Numbered from the stretch's first letter, positions 1-8,972 are shown. The stretch is DNA of 32,000 bases from Xylanibacter ruminicola 23 (GCF_000025925.1 NC_014033.1:2970001-3002000), one strand, 5' to 3'. Numbers and translations: made by a program. Notes: a model not told the origin generated them from the letters alone.

Positions 1-1959
1 CGAGAAGTTGGTCTGTCCGAAGAATCCATGCGACATGTAGTGCTCCAAGGTGATGTCACCGCCATAGTTGCGGGTATTGCCCTTGTTCACCAGTGGCTCG
101 TCGGTATAGTTGTAGTAGCGGTTTGTCACACAATAGGTGCTGCCGTTGATGCCCACTGGCGTGTCGAATCCATACTCGTAGAAGGCATTCACGCGCAGTG
201 TCAGGTTGCTGTTGAACTTATGCATGTAGGTGGCATGCAGGTGGTGTGCCTTGGTCAGTCCCAGGTCCTTGTTGACCAGACGGTCGTTGCCGTCGCGATA
301 GAAGTAAGCGTCGAGCTTCTCAATCATTGAGTGCAGACCGTAACCCATCGAGAAACTGTTCTTCTCGTTTGGTTCCCACTTGAAGCTCACGCGTGGCTCA
401 ATCGAGAGGTCCTTCGACAGCAGGAAATAGTTGCCAGAGATACCTGCTGACAGACTGAACTTGTCGCTCAGGTTAAAGATGTTATGCCAGAACAGGTTGG
501 CCAGTCCGGTGTTGTCCTTCATCTTGGTATATTCAGTCATGGGGTTCACCGTGTCGTAGAGCTTGTCGTGCGAGCGGTAGTAGAGGTTGAAGAAACGATG
601 CGAGTATTCACCACCGAACTGTGTGAGCCACTTGCTGGTGACCTGCTTCGAGAGCTCTGTGTTGAATACCAGTCGGTCTTCGTTCATCTGCTGCTGGCTG
701 TAGGGGTACATCTTACTATTTGGGTTGTTGGGATCCTCGTATGCCAATGGCTGCTTGATGGTACCATTTTCAGTGCGTGCAAATCCATAGTAATGCATGT
801 TGCTCTTCAGGTGCTGCATATTGTAGGCCACAGTGGTGCGCCAGGTCCACTTGTTGTTGAAGTGGATTTTGTGAGATGCACCTGCCAGAATCTGCGTCAG
901 TTTGCTGTCATTATTCGAAGCGTCGTAAACCGAATGCGCATCTTCAATCTTCAATGGGTCGTCGTGGTTAGTATCAAACAGACCTAAACCGAAAATAGAG
1001 AAGGTACCAGCACGCTTGGTGGGGAAGTTCAGCTTGACTGAGAAATCTTGGAAGCCCAAGTGCGAACCCTCAGTGTCAACCAGTCCCAGTTTATCTACCA
1101 GTGATGTGAAACCATATCGGTAGTTGATGATATAACTACTGTTGTTCTTGCGAGAGATAGGACCCTCGAGTGTCAACTCCTCTGATACGGTACCAATCTG
1201 CAGGATGTTCTCGTGCTTGGAGTTGTTTCCCGAGCGCATCTTCACGTCGAACACACCACTCAGGGCGTTGTTGTAGTTGGCGTTGAAGGTCGAAGTAAAG
1301 AAGTCGCTGTTGGCAATCACGTTCGAGTTCATACCGCTCACCAGTCCGTAACCGGCATTCCACATATCGTTAAAGTGGTTGGGTGTAAACACCTCAACGC
1401 CCTCAATGCGGTACTGCATGCGCTCGGGTGCATTACCATGAATCGAGAGTCCGCTACCGCCAGCATCGCCCGATACGCCGGCAAACGACATCACCAGTCG
1501 GGCGGGGTCGTTATAACCGCCTGCAAATCGGCTGGCCTCTTCCATCGAGAGCATCACACCACCGGTGAGTACCGACGGGTTAACGGTGGCCTCCTTGTTT
1601 ACACGGGGCTTAACCACCACCTCCTTCAGCTCGGTGCTGTTCTCGCGCAGAGCAATCTCCAGCACTACCTCCTTGGGTCCCGAAATCAGGATTTCCTTCA
1701 TCACACTGGGCTCATAACCAATATAGTTGGTCTCGATGGTGTAACGTCCGCCCTTGCTTATCTTGATGGTAAAGTTACCATCCATGTCGGCAACAGCAGC
1801 CGCATTCTCTAATTCTGCAATTTTTACCGTAGCACCAATCAGCGCTTCGCCTGTAACGGCATCTTTTACAGTTCCACGCAGGGTTTCGGCCTGCACGCTC
1901 ATAGTTCCGCAAAGTAAAATAGCGGTCGACAAGAGGTTAATAATCGTTGTTTTGCTCAT
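1..1959 (-). CDS. TonB-dependent outer-membrane receptor with an N-terminal CarboxypepD_reg-like domain. The 3' end is cut by the window edge.
   Basis: This gene is absent from the ORF track because it runs off the edge. The reverse complement from ATG (1959-1957) stays open for 653 codons down to position 1. It begins MSKTTIINLLSTAILLCGTMSVQAETLRGTVKDAVTGEALIGATVKIAELENAAAVADMDGNFTI, which is a signal peptide followed by a carboxypeptidase-regulatory-like fold. A plug-like segment follows (LSMEEASRFAGGYNDPARLV), then Y/F/N/G-rich barrel-like sequence. The plus-strand ORFs listed here (28-330, 484-987, 1213-1812) are mirror ORFs. Confidence 0.85.
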   Translation of the reverse strand, partial: MSKTTIINLLSTAILLCGTMSVQAETLRGTVKDAVTGEALIGATVKIAELENAAAVADMDGNFTIKISKGGRYTIETNYIGYEPSVMKEILISGPKEVVLEIALRENSTELKEVVVKPRVNKEATVNPSVLTGGVMLSMEEASRFAGGYNDPARLVMSFAGVSGDAGGSGLSIHGNAPERMQYRIEGVEVFTPNHFNDMWNAGYGLVSGMNSNVIANSDFFTSTFNANYNNALSGVFDVKMRSGNNSKHENILQIGTVSEELTLEGPISRKNNSSYIINYRYGFTSLVDKLGLVDTEGSHLGFQDFSVKLNFPTKRAGTFSIFGLGLFDTNHDDPLKIEDAHSVYDASNNDSKLTQILAGASHKIHFNNKWTWRTTVAYNMQHLKSNMHYYGFARTENGTIKQPLAYEDPNNPNSKMYPYSQQQMNEDRLVFNTELSKQVTSKWLTQFGGEYSHRFFNLYYRSHDKLYDTVNPMTEYTKMKDNTGLANLFWHNIFNLSDKFSLSAGISGNYFLLSKDLSIEPRVSFKWEPNEKNSFSMGYGLHSMIEKLDAYFYRDGNDRLVNKDLGLTKAHHLHATYMHKFNSNLTLRVNAFYEYGFDTPVGINGSTYCVTNRYYNYTDEPLVNKGNTRNYGGDITLEHYMSHGFFGQTNFS

Positions 1960-2015
1960 AAAAATAATTGTTTTAGATATTATAAATTCTGAAATTCATC
2001 TCACGATGCACGCTG

Positions 2016-2023
2016 CAAATATA
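2016..2023 (-). promoter_or_regulatory. Bacteroidota-type -7 promoter box (TAnnTTTG) for the TonB-dependent receptor
   Basis: The minus strand reads TATATTTG. There are 56 nt between the box and the ATG at 1959. This matches the published Bacteroides -7 consensus TAnnTTTG. Confidence 0.5.
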
Positions 2024-2121
2024 CAACTATTTTTTATATAATGCAAAAAATAATGAAAAAAATATTTGGAGTTGCCTGATAGCAAAAATAAGGGAAACTA
2101 ATGGTTGCGGCTAGGGAAACT

Positions 2122-2146
2122 GGCAGTTCCTTGCGGGGGAACTACC
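2122..2146 (-). terminator. Hairpin immediately after the CAT-like gene stop; putative terminator with a weak U-tract
   Basis: GGCAGTTCC (2122-2130) pairs with GGAACTACC (2138-2146) around a 7-nt loop. The single C/A mismatch on the plus strand becomes a U-G wobble in minus-strand RNA, which fits function on the minus strand. It is followed only by AGUUUCCC. Confidence 0.4.
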
Positions 2147-2147
2147 G

Positions 2148-2765
2148 TTACAGATGGTTGATGATTTGCTGCAGATCCTCGAGATATTGGGCGGCATGGC
2201 CCCCATCCATCTGGGCATGATGGAACTGCATGGAGATGGGAAGCCACACCTTGAACCAACTTTTGCGATAGCGACCCCAAGCCAGGAAGGGGTTATTGAA
2301 AACACCCGAGTACTGGTTGACGATGCTGTCGAGCTGGGTGGCCGTCATAGCCGAGGTGCCGATAACCATCGCCTCCTCATCAAAGGTGCTCTCGCAGGTG
2401 TCGATGGCCGTCTGCGTCATCCGATCGTAATCGGCTGCAAACTGATTAAAATCATCGCTGTAGGGCACATCGCACGAACAGATATCACCCTTTTTGTGGT
2501 TCACAATCACGTTGATGGCCAGGCGGTCGTACTTGTACAGCTTGCCATTCTCGGGCAACAGGTAGAACTCTGGTCTATCTGCGGCAGCACGGCCCATGCA
2601 CCAGCACAGCAGCGTGTTAAACTTTACGCCCCTACGCTTGCACACCTTATACAAACGCGTTACATCAAACGTTTTGGTAAACGTAACCATGGGCACGGGC
2701 GATTTCATCCAAAGCCCAAAAGCCTTAGCCCTACTGGTATCCTGCGGATTAACTTCTTGTTTCAT
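2148..2765 (-). CDS. Type-A chloramphenicol acetyltransferase (CAT) family protein
   Basis: 205 aa. The C-terminal segment WLPISMQFHHAQMDGGHAAQYL carries the HHxxxDG catalytic-His motif of the classic CAT family, and the length is typical. The gene starts 7 nt after the upstream M16 peptidase stop, so the two are probably co-transcribed. Confidence 0.8.
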   Translation of the reverse strand: MKQEVNPQDTSRAKAFGLWMKSPVPMVTFTKTFDVTRLYKVCKRRGVKFNTLLCWCMGRAAADRPEFYLLPENGKLYKYDRLAINVIVNHKKGDICSCDVPYSDDFNQFAADYDRMTQTAIDTCESTFDEEAMVIGTSAMTATQLDSIVNQYSGVFNNPFLAWGRYRKSWFKVWLPISMQFHHAQMDGGHAAQYLEDLQQIINHL

Positions 2766-2772
2766 CTATTAT

Positions 2773-5640
2773 TTATCTATATACATCTTCTTTCTTAAGC
2801 TCAACCACCTTGCCGTAGCGCTCAAGGGCTTTCATATCGGTAAGTTTCTTGTCGCCGATAATCATCCACACGCGGTTGTTGTTGCCTGCAATGTGCTGCT
2901 GGTGGAACTGGATGATGTCCTGAGCTGTGATACCAGGCAGCAGTCGGGCTTTGGCGGCATTGGGGTCGACAGTATTGCCCAGCATGTGCTGATTGGCCAC
3001 GAAAGCAGGCATGTTGCGGAAGGTGGGATAGCTATTCTGTATGTCGTTGAGCACACTTTGGCGGGCGGCATCCAGATTATTCTCCTTCATCGGCATCTGG
3101 CGCAGCAGCGAATCCACGGTAGCAAGGGCTTCCATCGTCTTGTCGGCCTGGGTTCCAGTGGCTGTGATATAGCCCAGAACGGCATCAGGATGCTGAGCAA
3201 GACTGGTGGTATAGGCACGGCCACCAGTGCTGTAGGCCAGCGAACGGAACTCGCGTACATTCTGGAAGAGAACCGACGACATGCTGCCACCGAAATACTC
3301 GCCAAAGAGCGATAGTTTAGCACGATCGTCGGCTGTTGATAGCGGACTGATGGCATCGAAACTTATCACATAGTTCTGGCGCGACTTGGGTACGTTGTAG
3401 AAGTAAACCATTGGCTCGGTGTACTGCTGCAATGGGCGGAAGGTATCGGCCTCCTTGCGTGTACAGTTGCTCAATGGCAACGCCTGCTGCGCTGCTGCAG
3501 CCACCTCGGAGATAGTCTTGGTGCCGCAATACAACAGTTCGCAATCATACTGCTGCACCTCGCGGAACAAACTGAGCAGGTCTTCGTTCTTAAGTGCCTT
3601 TATCTCACTCTTACTCAGCTGGTTAAGATAAGTTGACTTGCTGCCATACATCACATATTCGCGCATAGGGGTGAGCACATCGTCCTTCTGTTTACCAAAG
3701 CTCTTGCGGTCTACCTTATCTTCGTCCTTAGCGTCGCTCAGCGCCTCGTCGTCGCCCTTGGCCGATTGCAGGAAGTGGGCCAGCAAGCGGAGTGCTGGTT
3801 CGAACTGCTTATCTGGACCTGTAAGGCTGAACACAAATGTATGGCTACCAGCATTTATTTCCATCGTGGTGTTTATCTTCTGCCAAGCCAGCTCCAACTG
3901 TTGTTTCTTGAGCGAATCGGTGCCTAGCGACGAGAGATAAGAGCCGAGTACGCTGAGTGCTGGTGTGTGCAGCTTACCATCCTTGAAACGCAGGTTAAAC
4001 GTAAAGATGTCGTTGATAGGATTCTGCTTATAATATAAGGTGGCGTGATCGCTTAGCTGTTTGGTATCTACAGCCGTCTGCAAGTCAACGGTACGTATTT
4101 CGGTCTGTATTACAGGTATCTGTTCCAGCTGGCGGGCAAAGTCCGACTTGGCATCAGTATTCTTTGGCTGAATGGGCTTATAGCCAGGCTGTTTTAGCGT
4201 TTCCTTCTTAGGTGTACCATACTTCTTTACCAGCGTTATGTAGTTGGTGCCGTAGTACTTCTTGGCGGCGGCTACCACATCGGCCTTGGTAAGGCGCTTA
4301 ATTCTTTCGATTTTATCGAGCGCATCCTGCCAGGTCTTGCCTTTCGAGAACAGATCGACCAGCAACTCAGAACGGCTGCTGATGGTTTCCAGACTCTTCT
4401 CAGCACTCATCACCTCCTCTTGTTTCAGGGCCTCAAGCTGACTGTCGCTAAAGTTGCCATTAATCACCTGCTGAATCTGCTCCATCACGCGTCCTTCGGC
4501 AGTTTTCATCTTTCCAAACAACTTGGGGATGATGAGCACGGCTGTACCTGCGGCATCGTCGAACCCCACATTCAGGGCGAATGATGCCATCACCTTATGC
4601 TCGTTCATCAGCGAGTCGAGCAAACCAGCTTTGCCATTAGAAAGCAGTCCGTTGGCCAGTTCCAGAGCATTAGCATCGGGCTCGTAATCGGTAGCGCCTT
4701 TGAATACCAATGCCTCAGCACCAATAAGCGGTATGGGGAGTGTAACCTCCTGTCGTTCGCCAGCCTGAATCTCTGGCATCGGACTATAACCGCGCTGTGG
4801 CACAGGGCCCGTCTGCACACGACCAAACGTCTTTTCAAGCAGAGCGGTCAAGTCGTCGCTGGGCGTAATGTCGCCACAGAGAATCAGACCCATATTCGAG
4901 GCCACATAGTATTTCTTGTAGAATTCGGCCATATCCGACAGGCGTGGGTTTTTCAGATTCTCAGTAGAACCAATGATGGGATAGCCATAAGGCTGAGTCT
5001 TGAACACAGCACCCATCACTTTATCCATTGCATCGCCCATTCCATCGGCCGAACGGTTCTTTTCTTCGTACACATTCTCCAATTCGCCCTGGAATCCGCG
5101 ATATACAGGGGTAATCAGTCGCTCAGAGTTTAACCAGCACCACTGCTCGATGAAATGGGGCAGAAACTCGTTGTGATAGAAAGTCATATCGTAGCCAGTG
5201 CCCGCATTCAGACTGCTACCGCCATACTTTGATATCAGACGGTTGAACTCGTTAGGAATCACATAATCGGCAGCTTTCAGGCTCAGCTGGTTAATGTGCT
5301 GCTGAATCTGCTTTCGCACGTCCTCATCCTTGGTCTGCGATAACAGGTCGTACTGGGCAGAAATGCTATCCAGCAGAGGTTTTTCGGCTGTGTAATCGAT
5401 GGTACCCAAGCGGTCGGTACCCTTAAACATAATGTGCTCAAAGTAGTGGGCAATACCGGTATTAGGACAATCCTTGGCGCCAGCCCTAACCACAACGGCA
5501 CCAAACACCTTGGGCTGCGAGTGGTCTTCGTTAACCCAAACGGTCATGCCATTACTAAGTTTAAACTCCTTTACATCGAGTTGTGCCGTTGCTGTAAGTG
5601 CAACCACGCAAGCGAAAATGGATAATGCAGTTCTTTTCAT
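2773..5640 (-). CDS. M16 (pitrilysin/insulinase) family zinc metallopeptidase, secreted, double-unit
   Basis: 955 aa. It has an N-terminal signal peptide (MKRTALSIFACVVALTATAQ) and the inverted zinc motif HxxEH (IAHYFEHIMFKG). The size is consistent with two tandem M16 halves. Confidence 0.88.
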   Translation of the reverse strand: MKRTALSIFACVVALTATAQLDVKEFKLSNGMTVWVNEDHSQPKVFGAVVVRAGAKDCPNTGIAHYFEHIMFKGTDRLGTIDYTAEKPLLDSISAQYDLLSQTKDEDVRKQIQQHINQLSLKAADYVIPNEFNRLISKYGGSSLNAGTGYDMTFYHNEFLPHFIEQWCWLNSERLITPVYRGFQGELENVYEEKNRSADGMGDAMDKVMGAVFKTQPYGYPIIGSTENLKNPRLSDMAEFYKKYYVASNMGLILCGDITPSDDLTALLEKTFGRVQTGPVPQRGYSPMPEIQAGERQEVTLPIPLIGAEALVFKGATDYEPDANALELANGLLSNGKAGLLDSLMNEHKVMASFALNVGFDDAAGTAVLIIPKLFGKMKTAEGRVMEQIQQVINGNFSDSQLEALKQEEVMSAEKSLETISSRSELLVDLFSKGKTWQDALDKIERIKRLTKADVVAAAKKYYGTNYITLVKKYGTPKKETLKQPGYKPIQPKNTDAKSDFARQLEQIPVIQTEIRTVDLQTAVDTKQLSDHATLYYKQNPINDIFTFNLRFKDGKLHTPALSVLGSYLSSLGTDSLKKQQLELAWQKINTTMEINAGSHTFVFSLTGPDKQFEPALRLLAHFLQSAKGDDEALSDAKDEDKVDRKSFGKQKDDVLTPMREYVMYGSKSTYLNQLSKSEIKALKNEDLLSLFREVQQYDCELLYCGTKTISEVAAAAQQALPLSNCTRKEADTFRPLQQYTEPMVYFYNVPKSRQNYVISFDAISPLSTADDRAKLSLFGEYFGGSMSSVLFQNVREFRSLAYSTGGRAYTTSLAQHPDAVLGYITATGTQADKTMEALATVDSLLRQMPMKENNLDAARQSVLNDIQNSYPTFRNMPAFVANQHMLGNTVDPNAAKARLLPGITAQDIIQFHQQHIAGNNNRVWMIIGDKKLTDMKALERYGKVVELKKEDVYR

Positions 5641-5666
5641 ACGAACTAATAGTTAAAATTTGGGTG

Positions 5667-5674
5667 CAAAAATA
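5667..5674 (-). promoter_or_regulatory. -7 promoter box (TAnnTTTG) for the M16 peptidase / CAT-like operon
   Basis: The minus strand reads TATTTTTG, 26 nt upstream of the ATG at 5640. Confidence 0.55.
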
Positions 5675-5727
5675 GTCTTTTTTGTTGAGTAAAAAGAATT
5701 TTTACTACAAAAGTTAATTTTTTTTTG

Positions 5728-5735
5728 TACCTTTG
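5728..5735 (+). promoter_or_regulatory. -7 promoter box (TAnnTTTG) for the DUF2520 gene
   Basis: TACCTTTG lies only 8 nt before the ATG at 5744, so the mRNA is probably leaderless or has a very short leader. It is divergent from the M16 promoter. Confidence 0.55.
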
Positions 5736-5743
5736 CAGCCATT

Positions 5744-6514
5744 ATGAAGATAGTTTTTATAGGATCGGGAAATTTGGCCACGCAGCTGGGACTGGCCTTG
5801 AACGAGGCTGGGCAGCAGATAGTACAGGTGTATAGCAAGACAGAAGAGCATGCCGGCGAGCTGGCAGCTAAGCTGGGATGTGCCTACACCACCAACATCG
5901 ACGAAATAACCGAAAATGCCGATATCTACATCATCTCGGTAAAGGACGATGCCATCGCCACACTGGCCGAAAAGGTGGGCCGCAAGGCGCAGCAGGCCAT
6001 CATCGTTCACACAGCGGGCAGCATTGCGATGGAGGTGCTGCAGCCATACGCACAGCACTACGGGGTGCTGTACCCGATGCAGACATTCTCGAAGAACAAA
6101 CCCGTGGATTTTAAGCCGATACCTTGTTTTATCGAGGCTTCGGACGATGCCACGCTATCCGCTATCCGCACACTGGCCGAGAGCGTATCGCAGAATGTGG
6201 TGCCTGCCACATCGGCACAGCGCAAAAAACTGCACCTGGCAGCCGTGCTGGCCTGCAACTTTACCAACCATTGTTACCGACTGGCCGAAAAGGTGCTTGA
6301 AGAGGAGCAGATGGATTTTAAGCTATTCCTGCCGCTTATCGATGAAACGGCACGAAAAGTAGCCCAGCTGAGCCCGAAACAGGCACAGACGGGACCGATG
6401 ATGCGTTGGGATACGGGCGTGATGCAGATGCAGATGGACCTGCTGAGCGACGAACGCACCCGACAGATTTACAAGCTGATGGCCGAGAGCATTCACGAGG
6501 ATGCTACAAAATAA
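5744..6514 (+). CDS. Rossmann-like, DUF2520 domain-containing protein (predicted NAD(P)-binding oxidoreductase-like)
   Basis: 256 aa. The N-terminal dinucleotide-binding motif is MKIVFIGSGNLATQLG. The overall sequence resembles the Bacteroidota DUF2520 family as I recall it. Confidence 0.7.
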   Translation: MKIVFIGSGNLATQLGLALNEAGQQIVQVYSKTEEHAGELAAKLGCAYTTNIDEITENADIYIISVKDDAIATLAEKVGRKAQQAIIVHTAGSIAMEVLQPYAQHYGVLYPMQTFSKNKPVDFKPIPCFIEASDDATLSAIRTLAESVSQNVVPATSAQRKKLHLAAVLACNFTNHCYRLAEKVLEEEQMDFKLFLPLIDETARKVAQLSPKQAQTGPMMRWDTGVMQMQMDLLSDERTRQIYKLMAESIHEDATK

Positions 6515-7628
6515 GATGGTAGGTGCCACCAGCCATCGCTTTTACCACACCTTTCATTTCGAGTTGGAAAAGCAGCGCCGTAACCTGACTGATAGACAGG
6601 TTGGCATGCACACTCAATACATTTATCTGGAGATCGTTGGTTTGCTGCAGCAGACTGACGATTTTCTGTTCTTCGGCCGATAGTTCGGGGAACAACTGGC
6701 GCTCGATACCTCCTGCCAAAGCCTGCTGACGGATAATATCATCCTGCCAACCCATAGCCTCAACAAAGTCGGATGCACTGGTAATCAACTCGGCAGCCTT
6801 ATCGCGGATAATATGGTTGCAACCCTCGGAGTAAGGTCGGCCCACATTGCCTGGGAACGCAAATACGGGGCGATTGTAGCTCTGTGCTATCTCGGCTGTT
6901 ATCAGACTGCCACCTTTTGCGGCACTCTCAATCACAATGGTAGCATCGGCACAACCAGCCACAATGCGGTTGCGGCGCACAAAGTTTACCTTATCGGCAT
7001 TGGTTTGGGTCATAAACTCTGTCAGCAGTCCGCCATGGGTGGTCATCTCGGCAGCTGTGTCGCGATGGTGATAGGGGTAGATCTGGTCTAAACCGTGAGC
7101 CAGCACACCCAAGGTCTGATAGCCGTTCTCGAGGGCGTTGCGATGGGCGCAGATATCTACACCATAAGCCAAACCGCTCACAATCAGCACATTGTGGCAC
7201 ATCTCGTGCAGCTCGCTGATAAACCTGTGCGTGATATCCTGCCCGTAAGTGGTGATGTGGCGCGTGCCTACGATACTGATGATTTTCTGCTGGTTCAGGT
7301 CGGCATTACCCTTATAGTACAGCACCAGCGGCGCATCGGGGCACTCCAGCATGCGCTGGGGGTAGTCGTCGTCGAGTGGCGTAATGGCGCGTATCTGGTG
7401 CTCCTCCATATACTTCAACTCGTATTCGGCCCGTTTCATCGCGTCGCCCCAGTCCTTCAGGGCGGCAACCAGGCGTGGCGAGCAATCAGGTATCAGGTCG
7501 GGCACCTCGTGGCGGTGTTCGTATAGTTTCTGGGCGCTACCAACGGTTTTGTACATCTCTAACGCCAGCTGAAAGTTAAAGTTAGTAAGGCGTGTAAGCG
7601 CCATTGCATAGAATATTTCCTGGTTCAT
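6504..7628 (-). CDS. dprA: DNA-processing protein DprA (Smf)
   Basis: 374 aa. The core is DprA Rossmann-like (IVSGLAYGVDICAHRNALE ... GGSLITAEIAQSYNRPVFAFPG) with a C-terminal winged-helix-like tail. The gene starts 6 nt after the DUF2851 stop. Confidence 0.88.
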   Translation of the reverse strand: MNQEIFYAMALTRLTNFNFQLALEMYKTVGSAQKLYEHRHEVPDLIPDCSPRLVAALKDWGDAMKRAEYELKYMEEHQIRAITPLDDDYPQRMLECPDAPLVLYYKGNADLNQQKIISIVGTRHITTYGQDITHRFISELHEMCHNVLIVSGLAYGVDICAHRNALENGYQTLGVLAHGLDQIYPYHHRDTAAEMTTHGGLLTEFMTQTNADKVNFVRRNRIVAGCADATIVIESAAKGGSLITAEIAQSYNRPVFAFPGNVGRPYSEGCNHIIRDKAAELITSASDFVEAMGWQDDIIRQQALAGGIERQLFPELSAEEQKIVSLLQQTNDLQINVLSVHANLSISQVTALLFQLEMKGVVKAMAGGTYHLIL

Positions 7629-7634
7629 AGGTGT

Positions 7635-8930
7635 TTATTTGCGTTTTAAGTATTCGTAACCAAAGCGACAACGCAGACAGTCCTTCTTGTCGCAATACTC
7701 CTTTTTTAGCTGTATGAGTGCCTGCGAGTCGCCAGCCGATTTAACGGGCAGTCCCACCTGCTTCCACATGCGGATAATGTGGTTGTTCTCGGCCTTGAGC
7801 TGCTCGAGAAACTCGAAAGCCCTATCGCAAAGCACCGCCTTTGACTGATGGCGGCCATAGGCAAACAGCATGGGGATGGCGGTATTAATCATCAACAGAT
7901 TGATGGAGCCTACCGACAGATGTTTGGCGTTCTTAGCGCTCTCGGAGCCAAAGGTGTAATGGGTTTCCCAATAGGGCGTAACCTGCGAGCTGAGCACGTG
8001 TTTGAGTTCATCCAGGGTTTCGCACTCTATCAGCTGACTTAAGCCTGCCTTCTGCTGATAATACAGGTTGGCCAACTGCGCCAAGCGGATGTGAGGGAAG
8101 TTCTGCGGGCGCAGGCGGAGGAACCGCCACAGACGGAAATCAATCGGTTTCATCGAGAATTTATGCGCCAGATACTGGTACTCGTTGCGCAAGCGGGCAA
8201 AGTAGCCGTCGTTAAGCGCCTCTTTCTGGTAGCACTCGGGCACAGCATCCAGCTCCAGCAATCCTGCCTGACCGAAGAAGACGGCCTCGATCTGAAACAA
8301 ATCGTCGCGATGGTGCGCCACAGCACTCAGGGGCACATTCTGCGCCCATTGTTCGAACACATCGCCATTAATGCCAAAGCCGTAGTTGCGGGCCAACGTG
8401 GTAAAATAGCCATCCTCCCACGAGCCGTTGCAACGCTCTACACGGCGGCGGATATCGGACGTTTTGCGCTCCAGGCGCTCAACCTGCAGGGCTGCCATCC
8501 ACGAGTGAATAGTGAGCGAGGGCAGATCGGGTATCACCTTATAACAGGCCGGATACTCCTCGGTTTGGCGCAATTCATCGTAATGTGCCTGCACATGCGG
8601 CGGTACATCCAACTGCAGCTGAGGTACGTACTGACCGTTGCTCTTCATCACCTCGGTATCCAGCACCTTGGCCACATGCAGTATCACATTGTCGTAATCG
8701 CTGTTCTTGTCGTGCCCATGCACGTACCAGTCGCTCGACTTGTCGTGAATCTCAACATTGCCCACCCACATGGTGCCGTTAATACGCACTTTAGCATTCA
8801 CAAAATCGGGCCCGGCATCGCTGTTGTGCTTGCCCGGATCGATCACCTCAACCAGCATACCATCGCTTGTGAGCAGCTCTTTCAGCGGAAAAAGCTTCAG
8901 TTTCCAAGTATAATGGAGTAATTGTTCCAT
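7635..8930 (-). CDS. DUF2851 family protein (function unknown)
   Basis: 431 aa. The N-terminus MEQLLHYTWKLKLFPLKEL ... GPDFVNAKVRING ... GNVEIHDKSSDWYVHGH matches my memory of the Bacteroidota DUF2851 family. It is the first gene of an operon with dprA. Confidence 0.7.
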   Translation of the reverse strand: MEQLLHYTWKLKLFPLKELLTSDGMLVEVIDPGKHNSDAGPDFVNAKVRINGTMWVGNVEIHDKSSDWYVHGHDKNSDYDNVILHVAKVLDTEVMKSNGQYVPQLQLDVPPHVQAHYDELRQTEEYPACYKVIPDLPSLTIHSWMAALQVERLERKTSDIRRRVERCNGSWEDGYFTTLARNYGFGINGDVFEQWAQNVPLSAVAHHRDDLFQIEAVFFGQAGLLELDAVPECYQKEALNDGYFARLRNEYQYLAHKFSMKPIDFRLWRFLRLRPQNFPHIRLAQLANLYYQQKAGLSQLIECETLDELKHVLSSQVTPYWETHYTFGSESAKNAKHLSVGSINLLMINTAIPMLFAYGRHQSKAVLCDRAFEFLEQLKAENNHIIRMWKQVGLPVKSAGDSQALIQLKKEYCDKKDCLRCRFGYEYLKRK

Positions 8931-8964
8931 ATGGTTTATTTAGCTATAAGTAAAAATTTGTGCA

Positions 8965-8972
8965 CAAAAATA
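8965..8972 (-). promoter_or_regulatory. -7 promoter box (TAnnTTTG) for the DUF2851-dprA operon
   Basis: The minus strand reads TATTTTTG, 34 nt upstream of the ATG at 8930. Confidence 0.55.

Noticed and set aside
28-1812. Plus-strand ORFs 28-330, 484-987 and 1213-1812 listed in the track at the left edge.
   Set aside because: The minus strand carries an uninterrupted 653-codon TonB-dependent receptor frame across this region. The plus-strand ORFs are its mirror frames.
2041-2079. A tiny plus-strand ORF, MQKIMKKIFGVA, in the gap between the receptor gene and the CAT-like gene.
   Set aside because: It is only 12 codons and extremely AT/Lys-rich. It lies between two minus-strand genes with no plus-strand promoter box, so there is no support for it.
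7995-8000. Other CACGTG cores I noticed, at 7995-8000 and 24802-24807, considered as additional parS sites.
   Set aside because: The flanks do not fit the consensus. CTGAGCACGTGTTTGA and TCAAGCACGTGAGATC each match TGTTNCACGTGAAACA in few positions outside the core hexamer.
8091-8921. Long antisense ORFs opposite confidently assigned genes: 8091-8921 (+), 9002-9853 (-), 12174-12935 (-), 18095-18949 (-), 2154-2798 (+), 2596-3315 (+) and 10072-10683 (+).
   Set aside because: Each lies entirely inside, and antisense to, a gene with clear family motifs. Their translations are low-complexity and rich in V/L/H/G/R with no recognisable motifs. This is the typical mirror-ORF artefact of GC3-rich coding sequence.
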